A stretch of 64,000 nt of DNA from Candidatus Marinacidobacterales bacterium (GTDB lineage Bacteria > Acidobacteriota > Vicinamibacteria > Marinacidobacterales > SMYC01), in contig OZ250169.1 in the NCBI GenBank assembly GCA_965237955.1, forward strand, positions 5,760,001-5,824,000, written 5' to 3'. Position 1 is the stretch's first letter. Each line of letters begins with the position of its first letter. Position numbers and translations under genes: made by a program. Below are positions 30,637-40,798 of this stretch, in pieces. The notes under the pieces are model-generated. The model did no database searches. It saw only the letters and a list, made by a program, of their open reading frames with translations, and was not told the origin of the DNA.

Positions 30637-31461
30637 TCAAGTTTGGGAAGCGCAAATTCGGCTGATCTCTGCAAATTCTTCGACTGAAAGCGTTTCCGCT
30701 CGGCGGGTCGGATCGATGCCGAGCGTGGAAATCGCCCGCGCGATCACGCCTCGAGACAAGAGTGACGGCCCTAAGTGCTTGATATTATTGGCGATCGTCT
30801 TTCTTCGGTGGGCTAGCAGCCCTTTGACGAGCGAGCGGAACGTTCTTTCGTCACCGTAGTCCGGTGATTCGGCGTGCCGAAGGTCAAGGCGAACGACGGC
30901 CGACACAACGCGCGGTCGGGGCCGGAACGCCTCGGGCGGAATACGGAAGAGGATTTCCGGGCGAGCGGCCTGCTGGGTGACGACACTGAGGAAGCTGTAG
31001 TCTTTCGTGGAGGGGCGGGCGACGAGGCGCTCGGCGACTTCCTTCTGGAACATCAACGTGAGCGAGTCGAAGCGCGCCGTATACGAGAGGAGTCTCAGCA
31101 GGATTGGCGCTGCGACGGAGTAGGGGAGATTCCCGTACCCGCGGATCCGCTCGAGCTCGCGGTCTTTGAGCAGCTGCGCATAGTCGAGTTTCACCGCATC
31201 GGCTTCGATCAGCTCGAGATTGTCGCCAGCTTTGCGCGAGAGCTTCCGCGCCAACCGCGAATCTGTCTCGATCGCGAGAACGCGCGCTCCGGCATCGACC
31301 ATGGGGAGAGTGAGTTGGCCCTCGCCCGCTCCGATCTCGAGGAGGGTCTCGCCTGGAGTCGGGGACAAGGTCTCGACGATGCGCGCGATGAAACGGGGAT
31401 CTTTGAGGAAGCATTGCCCCATGAAGCGCGTGGGGCGAAATGGTGCGGCTATCCGCTGCAC
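30637..31461 (-). CDS. rsmA: 16S rRNA dimethyladenosine transferase
   Basis: GQxFL, EIGAGEG, GNLPY, MFQKEVAERL, FRPRPRV.S and RRKTI motifs. Confidence 0.93.
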   Translation of the reverse strand: MQRIAAPFRPTRFMGQCFLKDPRFIARIVETLSPTPGETLLEIGAGEGQLTLPMVDAGARVLAIETDSRLARKLSRKAGDNLELIEADAVKLDYAQLLKDRELERIRGYGNLPYSVAAPILLRLLSYTARFDSLTLMFQKEVAERLVARPSTKDYSFLSVVTQQAARPEILFRIPPEAFRPRPRVVSAVVRLDLRHAESPDYGDERTFRSLVKGLLAHRRKTIANNIKHLGPSLLSRGVIARAISTLGIDPTRRAETLSVEEFAEISRICASQT

Positions 31462-31573
31462 AGACGGAGCATAGCACGTGGAACAGGATTCACAGGCGCC
31501 GTTGCGCTACAATCATGAACTTGGTCATAGGTTTACGGCCGATGGGCCGGGTAGCGTGGAGACTGGAGGCAGG

Positions 31574-31900
31574 ATGACCGAAGCGTTTAGCGACGCGAGT
31601 TGGGAGAGCGACGTGCTGTCATCGAAGCTACTTGTCGTCGTGGATTTCTGGGCCGATTGGTGCGCACCGTGCAAGATAATGGCACCGACGATCGAGGCCT
31701 TGGCGCGTGAGCTCGATGGTCGCGCCAAAGTCGGCAAGCTCAACGTGGACGACAACCGCGTCGTTTCCGAACGCTATGGAATCCAGGGAATCCCCACCGT
31801 CATGATTTTCGAGGGTGGTGAAGTCAAGGAACAAGTGGTTGGCGTGACTTCCCAAGAGTATTTGGCCCAGCTGATCGACAAGCATCTAAAGACAGCTTGA
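31574..31900 (+). CDS. trxA: Thioredoxin
   Basis: DFWADWCAPC, KLNVD and IPT motifs; GGAGG RBS. Confidence 0.93.
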   Translation: MTEAFSDASWESDVLSSKLLVVVDFWADWCAPCKIMAPTIEALARELDGRAKVGKLNVDDNRVVSERYGIQGIPTVMIFEGGEVKEQVVGVTSQEYLAQLIDKHLKTA

Positions 31901-31934
31901 ACAGTTTCGACAGTCTCGACAGGGGGAAACGTCA

Positions 31935-32948
31935 ATGAGTGAGAACAAGAAAACGTGGCGCGTCATCATTATAGGGAGCGGTCCCGCAGGCTACACCGCG
32001 GCGATCTACGCCGCCCGCGCCGAGCTGTCTCCGCTCGTGATTGCCGGCTCGGGTGCCGATCCCAAGATTGGGATTCCCGGCGGGCAGCTAATGCTGACCA
32101 CCGACGTCGAGAACTACCCCGGATTTCCCGAGGGCGTGACCGGACCGGAGATGATGGAGCTTTTCCGCAAGCAAGCCGAGCGGTTCGGCGCGGAAATCGT
32201 CTACGCGGATGCCACTGCGGTCGACGTCTCCGAGCGTCCATTCCGTGTCGGGACCGCGAAGGAAAGTTACCGGGCGGAGGCGTTGATCATCGCGACTGGT
32301 GCAGCCGCGAAGTGGCTCGGCCTCGAGTCGGAAACGAAATTGCAGAACCGCGGTGTCTCGGCGTGCGCGACCTGCGATGGCGCCCTGTACCGCGGCAAAG
32401 AGATTGCGGTCGTGGGCGGCGGCGACACGGCGGTGGAAGAGGCGTTGTTCCTGACGCGCTTCGCGACGAAAGTCACCGTCATCCACCGGCGGGACGAGCT
32501 ACGCGCATCCAAGATCATGCAGGCGCGCGCGTTCGGAAACGACAAGATCGAGTTTCTTTGGGACAGCGAGGTCGTCGAAGTGCTCGGTGAGAAGGAAGTC
32601 GAAGGTCTTCGCATCAAGAATCGCAAAACGGGCGACGAGTCGACTACCACTGTCGGAGCTCTTTTCGTCGCCATCGGGCACGAACCCAATACGGCTGCGT
32701 TTCGAGAAACCCTCGAGACCGACGACCAAGGCTACATCATCGTGTCGCACGGAACTCAAACGTCGGTCGAAGGTGTTTTCGCCTGCGGCGATGTGATGGA
32801 CAAGGTTTATCGGCAGGCTGTCACTGCGGCCGGGACCGGCTGTGCTGCGGCGATCGACAGCGAGCGCTGGTTGGCCGAGCAGGAAGCGGCCCCCGAGAGG
32901 AAAGACACGCCAGAGAGGCAAGAAACGATTTCGGAGGCAACGACATGA
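31935..32948 (+). CDS. trxB: Thioredoxin reductase
   Basis: GSGPAGYTAA, ENYPGF, CATCDG, GGGDTAVEE and YRQAVTAAG motifs. Confidence 0.96.
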   Translation: MSENKKTWRVIIIGSGPAGYTAAIYAARAELSPLVIAGSGADPKIGIPGGQLMLTTDVENYPGFPEGVTGPEMMELFRKQAERFGAEIVYADATAVDVSERPFRVGTAKESYRAEALIIATGAAAKWLGLESETKLQNRGVSACATCDGALYRGKEIAVVGGGDTAVEEALFLTRFATKVTVIHRRDELRASKIMQARAFGNDKIEFLWDSEVVEVLGEKEVEGLRIKNRKTGDESTTTVGALFVAIGHEPNTAAFRETLETDDQGYIIVSHGTQTSVEGVFACGDVMDKVYRQAVTAAGTGCAAAIDSERWLAEQEAAPERKDTPERQETISEATT

Positions 32949-33484
32949 GCCTGAAGAATCAAAAAGGCTTTTGGGTTGGCGTAGGCATCCTCCTCGTGTT
33001 TAGCCTCGCCCGCGTGGTGTCGATGCATGCTGGTGCCCAACAAGACGTGATCGGGAACAAGGCCCCGAGCTTCGAGCTCAAATCCGTCACCGGCGACACC
33101 GTCAAGCTCGCCGAGATGGAGGGTAAGGTGGTCCTGCTCGACTTCTGGGCGGTGTGGTGCGGCCCGTGCCGAAAGTCGATGCCGTTTTTCCAAGAGCTCC
33201 AGGACAAATACGGGAAGGACGGCCTCGAGGTCGTCGGCGTGCACGTCGAAGATCGCATGCCGCCCCCCGACGAGGTGGCCGAGTACCTCGCCAAACTCGG
33301 CGTGACCTACACCAACGTCGTGAGCACCGTCGACACCGACAACGAGTTCATGATCTTCGCCATGCCGACGACGTATCTGGTCGACCGCGAAGGCGTCATC
33401 GTCAAGCGCCACATAGGCTTCAATCCCGCGACCGCTCCCGCCGAACTAGAAGAATACGTCCGCTCCCTCCTGGGTGTGGAGTAG
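32945..33484 (+). CDS. TlpA/ResA-family thiol-disulfide oxidoreductase
   Basis: N-terminal TM helix; LLDFWAVWCGPC and PTTYLVDREG. Confidence 0.88.
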   Translation: MSLKNQKGFWVGVGILLVFSLARVVSMHAGAQQDVIGNKAPSFELKSVTGDTVKLAEMEGKVVLLDFWAVWCGPCRKSMPFFQELQDKYGKDGLEVVGVHVEDRMPPPDEVAEYLAKLGVTYTNVVSTVDTDNEFMIFAMPTTYLVDREGVIVKRHIGFNPATAPAELEEYVRSLLGVE

Positions 33485-33502
33485 AGACCGTGCCCGAAGC
33501 TC

Positions 33503-34528
33503 CTAATCGATCTCCACCAGATCCTCCGACGGAGCCGGGGGAAACGTAAACGCTTCGACAGCCGGTTGGGTGCCGCCGCTTGCGGCGATATGCGCGTCCA
33601 CTTCGCGATGAATATTGCGGTCGGTCGGGAGCTTTCCACTTCCCTGAATGCGCACCCACAATCTCAAGATCGGGTCGATGTAGTAGTAGCGTTTGTCTCT
33701 CGAAACGATGAGGTCGACTTCTTCGAGCCAACGTAAGTAGTCGCGCGTCGATCCCGGTGTCCTGTCGAGCCGGCGCGAGACTTCGGTCAAGGTCAGCCCT
33801 TCTTCGTGTGCGAGGACGCGCAGTACCCACTTGCACGCGCCATAACCGCGGGCGCGGTGCAGGAGCTCGGCCATCGTTGCTCGGCACTCCGCGTCGATCC
33901 CACCGCCGCGCCGGAGCTCGTCCGTTAACGTCGAGACGATGTCACCGTCCGCGAGGCGCGCGGCATGGACGAGAAGCCCGCCGCTGACCGCGACGGCGAG
34001 CTCGGCATCCACCGCTCCTGCGGCCGAGAGCTCGTCGACGGTGAGTGGCGGGATGGCTCGGACCGGCAAATCGGGAAAGTGCTGGCGCGTCCAAAACGTG
34101 AACCGCGTCGTGGCGACGCTCGGCGCTTTCGAGCGCGTAAGCACGTCGATGAAATCGTCGAGGGGCCGTTCGACACCCGGGTAGTAGGCAAGCGTTCGGA
34201 GCTCGGTCACGTCATCGAGCAACAGCAGCGAGTCGGCAGGTCGCTTCCGAAGCGCGGTATGAAGCGCCTTCAGCGGCGGCCCTCCGCGGGGTGTCGGTCC
34301 GAGAAGTGGTTCCGCGAGTCGGTGGAGCTCGTCGCGCAGGACTTCGGGCGAGCATGCGATCGGCTCCAGTCGTGCGAGAGCGGTCGGACCGCGCCAGCGG
34401 CGCGCCAGCCGGCCGAGCAATGTGGTTTTACCGCAGCCACGAGGACCGGCGAGGAGCAGGAACGGGCTCGTCGTGATCTCACGGAGGAGATCTCTTTCGA
34501 GCTCCGGCCTCGGAATCGCGAGCGACAT
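33503..34528 (-). CDS. P-loop ATPase with a C-terminal winged HTH
   Basis: GPRGCGKTT Walker A, LLLLDD Walker B; LTLTEVSRRL...TRDYLRWLEE..LI and YYYIDP. Confidence 0.75.
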   Translation of the reverse strand: MSLAIPRPELERDLLREITTSPFLLLAGPRGCGKTTLLGRLARRWRGPTALARLEPIACSPEVLRDELHRLAEPLLGPTPRGGPPLKALHTALRKRPADSLLLLDDVTELRTLAYYPGVERPLDDFIDVLTRSKAPSVATTRFTFWTRQHFPDLPVRAIPPLTVDELSAAGAVDAELAVAVSGGLLVHAARLADGDIVSTLTDELRRGGGIDAECRATMAELLHRARGYGACKWVLRVLAHEEGLTLTEVSRRLDRTPGSTRDYLRWLEEVDLIVSRDKRYYYIDPILRLWVRIQGSGKLPTDRNIHREVDAHIAASGGTQPAVEAFTFPPAPSEDLVEID

Positions 34529-34634
34529 GCGGCCGCATCATAAGCTATTGAGGCGTCTCGCGGGCCGACTGTTGGGACGAACAATGATTTGTTAGACTTA
34601 TCGCTTGTGATTTAGGAGTCAGTAGAGGCGCTGA

Positions 34635-35972
34635 ATGCCGAGTGTCGTCGTCGTCGGCACCCAATGGGGTGACGAGGGCAAGGGAAAGTACGTGGACTTG
34701 CTGTCCGGGCGAGTGCAACTCGTGGTGCGTTATGGCGGTGGCCACAACGCGGGCCACACCGTCGTCGTGGAAGGTCAGGAATTCATCCTCCACATCATTC
34801 CGTCCGGAATTCTGCATCCGAGTGTAACTTCCGTGATCGGTAACGGCTGCGTCATCGATCCCGACGCGTTCATGACCGAGGTGCAGATGTTGCGTGGGCT
34901 CGACATCGAAGTCGGCGCCAATCTGTTCATTAGCGACCGCGCGCACCTCATTCTTCCGTACCACCGGCTACAGGAGCAGCAAGAGGAAGAAAAGCTGGGG
35001 AACCGCCGGATCGGGACGACTTGCCGCGGCATCGGTCCCGCGTACGAAGATAAAATCGGTCGCCGCGGATTGCGCGTCGGCGATCTGCGACATCCAGACT
35101 TTCTGAAAGAGAAGCTCGCCTACCTCGTTCACCAAAAGACCGCTCTTCTCGGTCTTCCGGGCGAAGAGAAAGAACTCCTTGCCGAGTCCGAAGAAATGAT
35201 TGCGCGCTTCACCGACGAGGCGCTCGCCCACATCACCGACACGTCGCTCCTCGTGCACGAATCGATCCTCGCGGGCAAGAACGTTCTTTTCGAAGGCGCA
35301 CAGGCGACGCTTCTCGACATCGACCACGGGACCTATCCTTTCGTCACATCGTCGAATCCCGTCGCCGGGGGCGCGTGCACCGGTGCCGGCGTCAGCCCGA
35401 AAGCCATCGACCACATTCTCGGCGTCACCAAGGCCTACATCACCCGCGTTGGTGAAGGACCGCTTCCGACGGAGATGCTCGGCGATCTGGGCGAGACCGT
35501 CCGCCAGAAGGGCGCGGAGTTCGGCGCGTCGACGGGACGGCCCCGTCGGTGCGGGTGGTTCGACAGCGTCGTCGTGCGCTATGCGAATCGCATCAACGGT
35601 CTCGATGCACTCGCGATCACGAAGCTCGACGTGCTCGACGGCCTCGACGAGATCCAGGTTTGCACACATTATGACTATCGAGGCGAGCAGGTTCAGGAGT
35701 TTCCCGGCGAGCTCTCCATGCTTGAAGAGTGCAAGCCTGTCTACCGCACGTTGCCCGGATGGGAAACGCCGACCGCGGGCCTCGAGGGGGTCGCGGACCT
35801 TCCGAAGAATGCCCGCGCTTATCTCGAAGCACTCGAAGAGCTCTGTGGGGCGCCTGTGCAAATGGTCTCGACCGGCCCTGAGCGGCACTCGACCATCGAA
35901 GACATGGGCAAAAGCGGTCACTCAGTGCTCGACGACTGGTTTGGCGCTCCAGGCCGGAGTCCGGCCGCGTAA
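34635..35972 (+). CDS. purA: Adenylosuccinate synthase
   Basis: QWGDEGKGK, GGHNAGHT, EGAQ..LD.DHGTYPFVTSS and TGRPRRCGW motifs. Confidence 0.97.
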   Translation: MPSVVVVGTQWGDEGKGKYVDLLSGRVQLVVRYGGGHNAGHTVVVEGQEFILHIIPSGILHPSVTSVIGNGCVIDPDAFMTEVQMLRGLDIEVGANLFISDRAHLILPYHRLQEQQEEEKLGNRRIGTTCRGIGPAYEDKIGRRGLRVGDLRHPDFLKEKLAYLVHQKTALLGLPGEEKELLAESEEMIARFTDEALAHITDTSLLVHESILAGKNVLFEGAQATLLDIDHGTYPFVTSSNPVAGGACTGAGVSPKAIDHILGVTKAYITRVGEGPLPTEMLGDLGETVRQKGAEFGASTGRPRRCGWFDSVVVRYANRINGLDALAITKLDVLDGLDEIQVCTHYDYRGEQVQEFPGELSMLEECKPVYRTLPGWETPTAGLEGVADLPKNARAYLEALEELCGAPVQMVSTGPERHSTIEDMGKSGHSVLDDWFGAPGRSPAA

Positions 35973-35996
35973 GTGAGTCCAAACGCACGGCACTTA

Positions 35997-36025
35997 TTGA
36001 CGAATCGCGACGAACGCCCTAAGAT
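35997..36025 (+). promoter_or_regulatory. Sigma70 promoter of the tRNA operon
   Basis: TTGACG-N17-TAAGAT, 10 nt upstream of tRNA-Lys. Confidence 0.75.
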
Positions 36026-36035
36026 CTCCCTTTCA

Positions 36036-36111
36036 GGGCCGTTAGCTCAGTTGGTAGAGCGCCTGCCTTTTAAGCAGGATGTCGATGGTTCGAGACCATC
36101 ACGGCCTACCA
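36036..36111 (+). tRNA. tRNA-Lys(TTT)
   Basis: Cloverleaf with D-arm GCTCAGTTGGTAGAGC, anticodon arm CCTGC-CTTTTAA-GCAGG, TTCGA T-loop and encoded CCA. Confidence 0.96.
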
Positions 36112-36120
36112 AATATTTGG

Positions 36121-36196
36121 GTCCCCGTCGTCTAGTGGCCTAGGACTCTGCCCTTTCACGGCAGCAACACGGGTTCGACTCCCGTCGGGGATACCA
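36121..36196 (+). tRNA. tRNA-Glu(TTC)
   Basis: GTCCCCG/CGGGGAT acceptor stem, anticodon arm CTGCC-CTTTCAC-GGCAG, GGTTCGACTCC and encoded CCA. Confidence 0.96.
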
Positions 36197-36280
36197 AATG
36201 GAATCAATGAGTTACAAAGGGCGACACCGAAGAGGGCGGCCCAGGGTAACTATCAGGGCAACTTCTGAGAAAAAAATACG

Positions 36281-37456
36281 ATGACAAATGCTGACGCTTC
36301 GGGGCCATCATCAGCCCCCGCGGACGACTCCGCGATTGCCGAACCGGACCCCGGCTTCTCCGCACGCCTCACTACGTACAAGGCGATCGAAGTCTATCGA
36401 GACCGTCCGCTAATCGTGTACGCGACGAGCACGCGGATGAACGTCGCTGGCGTGATGGCCGGTGACACTTTTCGCGAATTCATCGATCAGATTGACGCCA
36501 TCCCAGATGGCGACACTGTTGACGTGCTGATTCACAGCGCGGGCGGTGACCCACTTGCTGCTTGGAAGCTAATGTCTTTGCTCCGGGAGCGTTTCAAACA
36601 GGTTCACGCTCTGGTCCCCTTCATGCCCTTCAGCGCAGCGACGATCTTTTGCCTAGGCGCCCACGAGATCGTAATGCACCCCCATGCTTCGCTTGGCCCG
36701 ATCGACCCGCAAATCACGGTCGATGTTGGCGGGGAGAAACGTCATTTCTCCTACGAAGATGTTGGCGCGTTCCTGCGTTTTCTTAGCCGCGAAGTCGGCA
36801 TCTCAGACGAAGTAAACGTCACTACAGTCGTCGAGAAGCTGCTGGGGACGGTCGATCCGCTCTCGGTGGGTTACGCGCAACGGGCCAGCGAACTTTCTAC
36901 TGAGGTCGGCGAGCGCCTTCTCCTGATGCATATGAAGTCGAAGGAGCAGGCGCGGGAGATAGCAGAGAACCTAAACAAGAGCTTCTATGCCCACGGCGAT
37001 GCAGTTTCGCGTTCTCGAGCGGCTGAACTCGGGCTGAAGGTCCACAAGCGAGATGAGCAACTTGAGAGTCTGATGTGGGACGCCTACGTGGGCCTTGAGA
37101 ACTTCATGGAGTTGCGGAAGCCTTTTGTCGCGTTACAAGAAGTGCTGGCTGATGAGCAAGCAGCCAGCCAACTGAGTCCGCCCGCACCCCTCGTTATGCC
37201 AGCCAATACCCCGCCGCAGGTTGCGAAGCAATTGTGGGAGCAGGTCGCGAATCAAGCCGTGCAAGCTATGTCTGGTGGAGCGAGAGAGGTGGAATACAGC
37301 ATCGTCAACGCCCTTTCCGAGAGTTTGAGAACCGCGTCCGTCTATAGAACTAGTGGAACCGTTTCAGCGTGTAGATTTATGGGTGGTGAGATCAAGTTGT
37401 CGGCCACGGATCGCGAAGCGGGATGGCGTTCCATACGGATGCCGGAAACGCTGTAG
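36281..37456 (+). CDS. SDH-family Clp-fold serine protease
   Basis: DVLIHSAGG, FSAATIFCLGA.EIVM, SLGPIDPQ, FYAHG and A.ELGL motifs. Confidence 0.85.
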   Translation: MTNADASGPSSAPADDSAIAEPDPGFSARLTTYKAIEVYRDRPLIVYATSTRMNVAGVMAGDTFREFIDQIDAIPDGDTVDVLIHSAGGDPLAAWKLMSLLRERFKQVHALVPFMPFSAATIFCLGAHEIVMHPHASLGPIDPQITVDVGGEKRHFSYEDVGAFLRFLSREVGISDEVNVTTVVEKLLGTVDPLSVGYAQRASELSTEVGERLLLMHMKSKEQAREIAENLNKSFYAHGDAVSRSRAAELGLKVHKRDEQLESLMWDAYVGLENFMELRKPFVALQEVLADEQAASQLSPPAPLVMPANTPPQVAKQLWEQVANQAVQAMSGGAREVEYSIVNALSESLRTASVYRTSGTVSACRFMGGEIKLSATDREAGWRSIRMPETL

Positions 37457-37488
37457 ACATCGTGGCACGAAATACCGTAGAGTAAGTT

Positions 37489-37701
37489 ATGGAGCAGAGG
37501 GTGAAGACGGATGAGTACCACTGGCAGCGCACACTCTCGACCGATTCGCGCTCCCAGCGGAAGAGCCCCTTTCAGATCGAGCTCACATCTAGCCCAACGA
37601 CGTCGAACATCGAGGTGAGGTCTGCGACAACCGCAAACCGTTCTATCACGATAGAAAGAGCATCTGATGTTCCGTTGGTCCCGAGCTGGATGAGGCTTTA
37701 G
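37489..37701 (+). CDS. Small hypothetical protein
   Basis: 70-aa ATG ORF 32 bp downstream of the protease on the same strand; no recognised motif. Confidence 0.4.
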   Translation: MEQRVKTDEYHWQRTLSTDSRSQRKSPFQIELTSSPTTSNIEVRSATTANRSITIERASDVPLVPSWMRL

Positions 37702-37911
37702 CCGAATTACGCCGAGGCGGGCGCTTTCACGCCCTGCCCCCGGTTTCCAGGTATTTTACAAGTTGCGCTCGGCCGAGTTCTTCTGGCTCGCGCGCGTCCG
37801 TCGTACGAAGCAGGAGGGAGTGCAGGGAGTCCTTCGCACTTGTCGACGGCACGGTGCATACGGGTTAGCCTGGAAAAAGGCGGAGCCATTACGTCAATTG
37901 GTCTTTTTTAT

Positions 37912-39357
37912 GGAGGTGCCCCCACCATAGTTGAAGGTTCGAGGTGGTGGCGGCTCCTGACACATGGTTTACCCGACTTTGGCGTGCTTGTCGAGCGCTT
38001 GATTCTCAGTGACCTCCGCTAACTTCGCTTCGAGGATCGGTAGCGATTGGTATCCAATGATACGACGGAAATTTTTCTCCGTGGCGAGCAGAGCCGAAGC
38101 GGCCCATCTCAGAACCATCTTGCCATTGCGCCAGCGGGTGACGCGACGGGTACGACCTCGCGCACCGCTGAAGCACGACTCGATGATGTTCGTCGATCCA
38201 AGGCAGCGTTTCAGAGATGCGGGGAGGTCGAGCTCGTCGATGGTGAACATCTCGTCGAGCCCCTCCCGGATGCTCTCCGCCGCCGAGGGGTAGTCGTCCT
38301 CGAGCCACTTCGCCTGTTGCTCCAACCGCGCTTTGCCCTTCTTTGCTGGGAGCTGCCAGGCCGAACGCAGGCTCGCTTGCACTTGCGGCTTCAGCTCCTG
38401 CGGCAGATAACCGAGCACATTGCGCTCCTTGTGCTTCCTGCAACGCTGGACCTTGTTGTGGGTACCGAACACAGCGTCGACGGCGACCCGTAGCGCCTTG
38501 GAGCCATCGATCACGAACAGCCGACACCGCTCTGGGCTCAGGCCTCGTTCGACCAGGTCCTCCAGCAGCGCCTTGCACACTATCTGGTTCTCCGATGCTC
38601 CATCCCGAAGCCCCAGAACATGCTTGTATCCCTCTGTATCTACGCCGATTGCCGCCAGCGCGTGGTGCTCGCCGAAGCGAATCCCGTCCAGGTACACGAC
38701 CGCGATCTCCAGCTCGTCCAGCGGACGCTCCATCAGCCCCTGCAACTGCTCCGCGCTTGCTTCCACGAACTCACGGCTCACCTCGCTCTTGCTAACCCCT
38801 ACCGTCTCCGCCATCTCGGGAAGAACCGACGCGTACTTGCGCGTCGACACACCCAGCATCAGGATTTCCCAGATGCGTTGGCTCAGCCGAGACGAGTTGT
38901 TCACCGCTTCGTAGGCAGGAATCGCAACCTCCCCTCCCTCTGCCTTTCCCTTACGCCGCAGACGTGGCCGGCTCACTCTCAACTTCCGCTCCGCAAGGCT
39001 TACTACGCCACCCTGCCGGCCGTGCCAGCGAACATCGCTACCCTTCTTCCCCGGGTGTTTCTCCCCAGCCACACTTTTGGCTGACAGATCCAAGACCGCT
39101 TCGATCGTCGCTCGGCCAGCAACGTCGATCACTTCGTCGATCGCTATCTCGGTTCGCTCAATCGCATCCAAGAACGGCAACAGAGCTTGCCCCTTCGAGC
39201 TCAGTATCTCTCGAAGCTTCTTCCTGTTCTTCGCATCGATGATTTGGTAATTTGACCATCGTGGTGGCTCCTTTCTTTTTCCTTCACAGCCGGATTCTAT
39301 CGAACCCGGCCTTAGGAGCCGCCACTCCTAACCTTCAACTATCTCAGGGGCATCTCC
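37912..39357 (-). mobile_element. IS256-family element, copy 2
   Basis: Near-identical to 21860-23304; own 8-bp TSD TTTTTTAT (37904-37911 and 39358-39365). Confidence 0.95.
37969..39259 (-). pseudogene. IS256 transposase with an extra base just after the start codon
   Basis: ATGGTCAAAT versus ATGTCAAAT in copy 1; the rest is open from 39180. Confidence 0.8.
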
Positions 39358-39995
39358 TTTTTTATCCCGGTGAGACGCACGCGGTCGTGCGATAAGCTCT
39401 CCACACGAAGCGTGGCTTTCTTCTTGTCGTACTTCATCTCGACGGCCAGGCACAACGTGCCTTCCCCTTCGTTGTTTTCGTCTAGGCGGAGCACGATCAG
39501 GCTGAACGGGTACTTCCCCGTAAATTCATACGCATAACCATACATGCCCGGCGCAACTTGGCGCGAAATAGTTGACGGTGACATATAAGAGAGGATGGTG
39601 TCACCGGTGGCCAGTCGGATGATGCGTTTGCCCTCCACTCGGATCTCGCGGGCATAGCGCAAGGGGATGTATCGACCGGACGGAGGGAACACGACGCCCG
39701 CGACTTCCTGTTTCTGAAGCGCATTGCGAAGATCCTCAGCCCCCTTCTCCACGAGCGTTGTGATGAGCTGGTTGTGCTCCTCGTCGGTCGTCCAGCGGTC
39801 GATGCTGATCCTCAACATCAATTGGCTGGGGCGGGGGCTGACCCCGACCCCTAAAGTCACGCTGCGCGCCCGATAGGTTTCCCGGATCTTCTCTTCCTGC
39901 TCTTCCTGCGCCCCGGCCAGGCCGGTTTGAACCACTAGCGCCGCAGCGAGGGCGAGGCCTACAACCACCCTGAACACAGCTGGACTAGATTGCAT
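39339..39995 (-). CDS. Secreted hypothetical protein; the last codons are replaced by IS256 sequence
   Basis: Signal peptide ...LAGA-QEE; removing the IS gives ...GIKKTN-stop instead of ...GIKKEMPLR. Confidence 0.75.
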   Translation of the reverse strand: MQSSPAVFRVVVGLALAAALVVQTGLAGAQEEQEEKIRETYRARSVTLGVGVSPRPSQLMLRISIDRWTTDEEHNQLITTLVEKGAEDLRNALQKQEVAGVVFPPSGRYIPLRYAREIRVEGKRIIRLATGDTILSYMSPSTISRQVAPGMYGYAYEFTGKYPFSLIVLRLDENNEGEGTLCLAVEMKYDKKKATLRVESLSHDRVRLTGIKKEMPLR

Positions 39996-40467
39996 TGTTT
40001 CGATACTCCGTTTTTGCTCTCATTGCTCTCATCGTTCTCCCCCCTTTTACTACATCCCGGCGCGGTGCTTCGATCAAAGGGTCGGGCCCGACCCCTTGAT
40101 GGTGCTGGGAATCCCTGATTCCCGCAACCCCCGAGCCCGGCTTCTGCGCGGGGTAGACGGCGCGCCAAGCGGCAGCCTATGAATTCTGCGATCTGCCACG
40201 CCGCTAAATGATGTTCGTCCATGATCTCCTCCTGGTATAAGGAGACGAGTTTCCGGCACGATCCCTCCCTCGACCACTCGGAAAAAGAATCGAGCCCCGT
40301 GAGCGGGCGGTGCACGGGTGCACGGGGTAATCCTCGCGGTGGTACACTCTCGCCACGGCGTAAGCTGGGTAAGGCTGGGCGGTTTCCCTCCCCGTCTCGT
40401 GTTTGCGCCAGTCTTTCCCGGATCTCCCCCCATTTCACCGACCAAATCCCAACGCCATTCCCAACAC

Positions 40468-40541
40468 CCAAGCTGCAGCTCTCCCGGATCTTCTCCTGTC
40501 CCACGGACGAGCTCTTCGAGCTCGTCGAGGACGACTCATGA
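40468..40541 (+). pseudogene. C-terminal remnant of an XRE-type HTH regulator
   Basis: LQLSRIFSCPTDELFEL resembles XRE helix 4/5; ATGA-coupled to the next gene; no start is present. Confidence 0.45.
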
Positions 40542-40736
40542 TCGACGAACGATTCGTGCTCCATCGGTACAAGGCGACGAGCCACGCGGCGGTCGTGGGG
40601 GGGCGTCCTGCTGGGTGGACTCTTCCTCTACGACTTTCTCGCGCGCGACGTCCTCCGCTGGGACATCGCGATCGTCATGGCCGCCATGGCCGTCACCAAG
40701 CTCGGCGTTCTGGCCTGGTACCGCCGGTTCGACTGA
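40538..40736 (+). pseudogene. Small two-TM membrane protein with a +1 frameshift in a G7 run
   Basis: MIDERFVLHRYKATSHAAVVG continues as VLLGGLFLYDFL...VLAWYRRFD-stop once one G is removed near 40600. Confidence 0.6.
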
Positions 40737-40798
40737 CAACTGGACGATTCCTCGCGATCCGGCCGCGAGCGGCCTGAGAGCACGGTGGGTACGGGGCC

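Noticed and set aside
21860-39357. Composite transposon bounded by the two IS256 copies
   Set aside because: Each copy has its own distinct TSD and the intervening genes are core housekeeping genes
39959-40585. 208-aa minus-strand ORF as a real gene
   Set aside because: Overlaps gene remnants on the plus strand and has atypical composition; only an internal AGGAGG-ATG at ~40222 hints at a decayed short ORF
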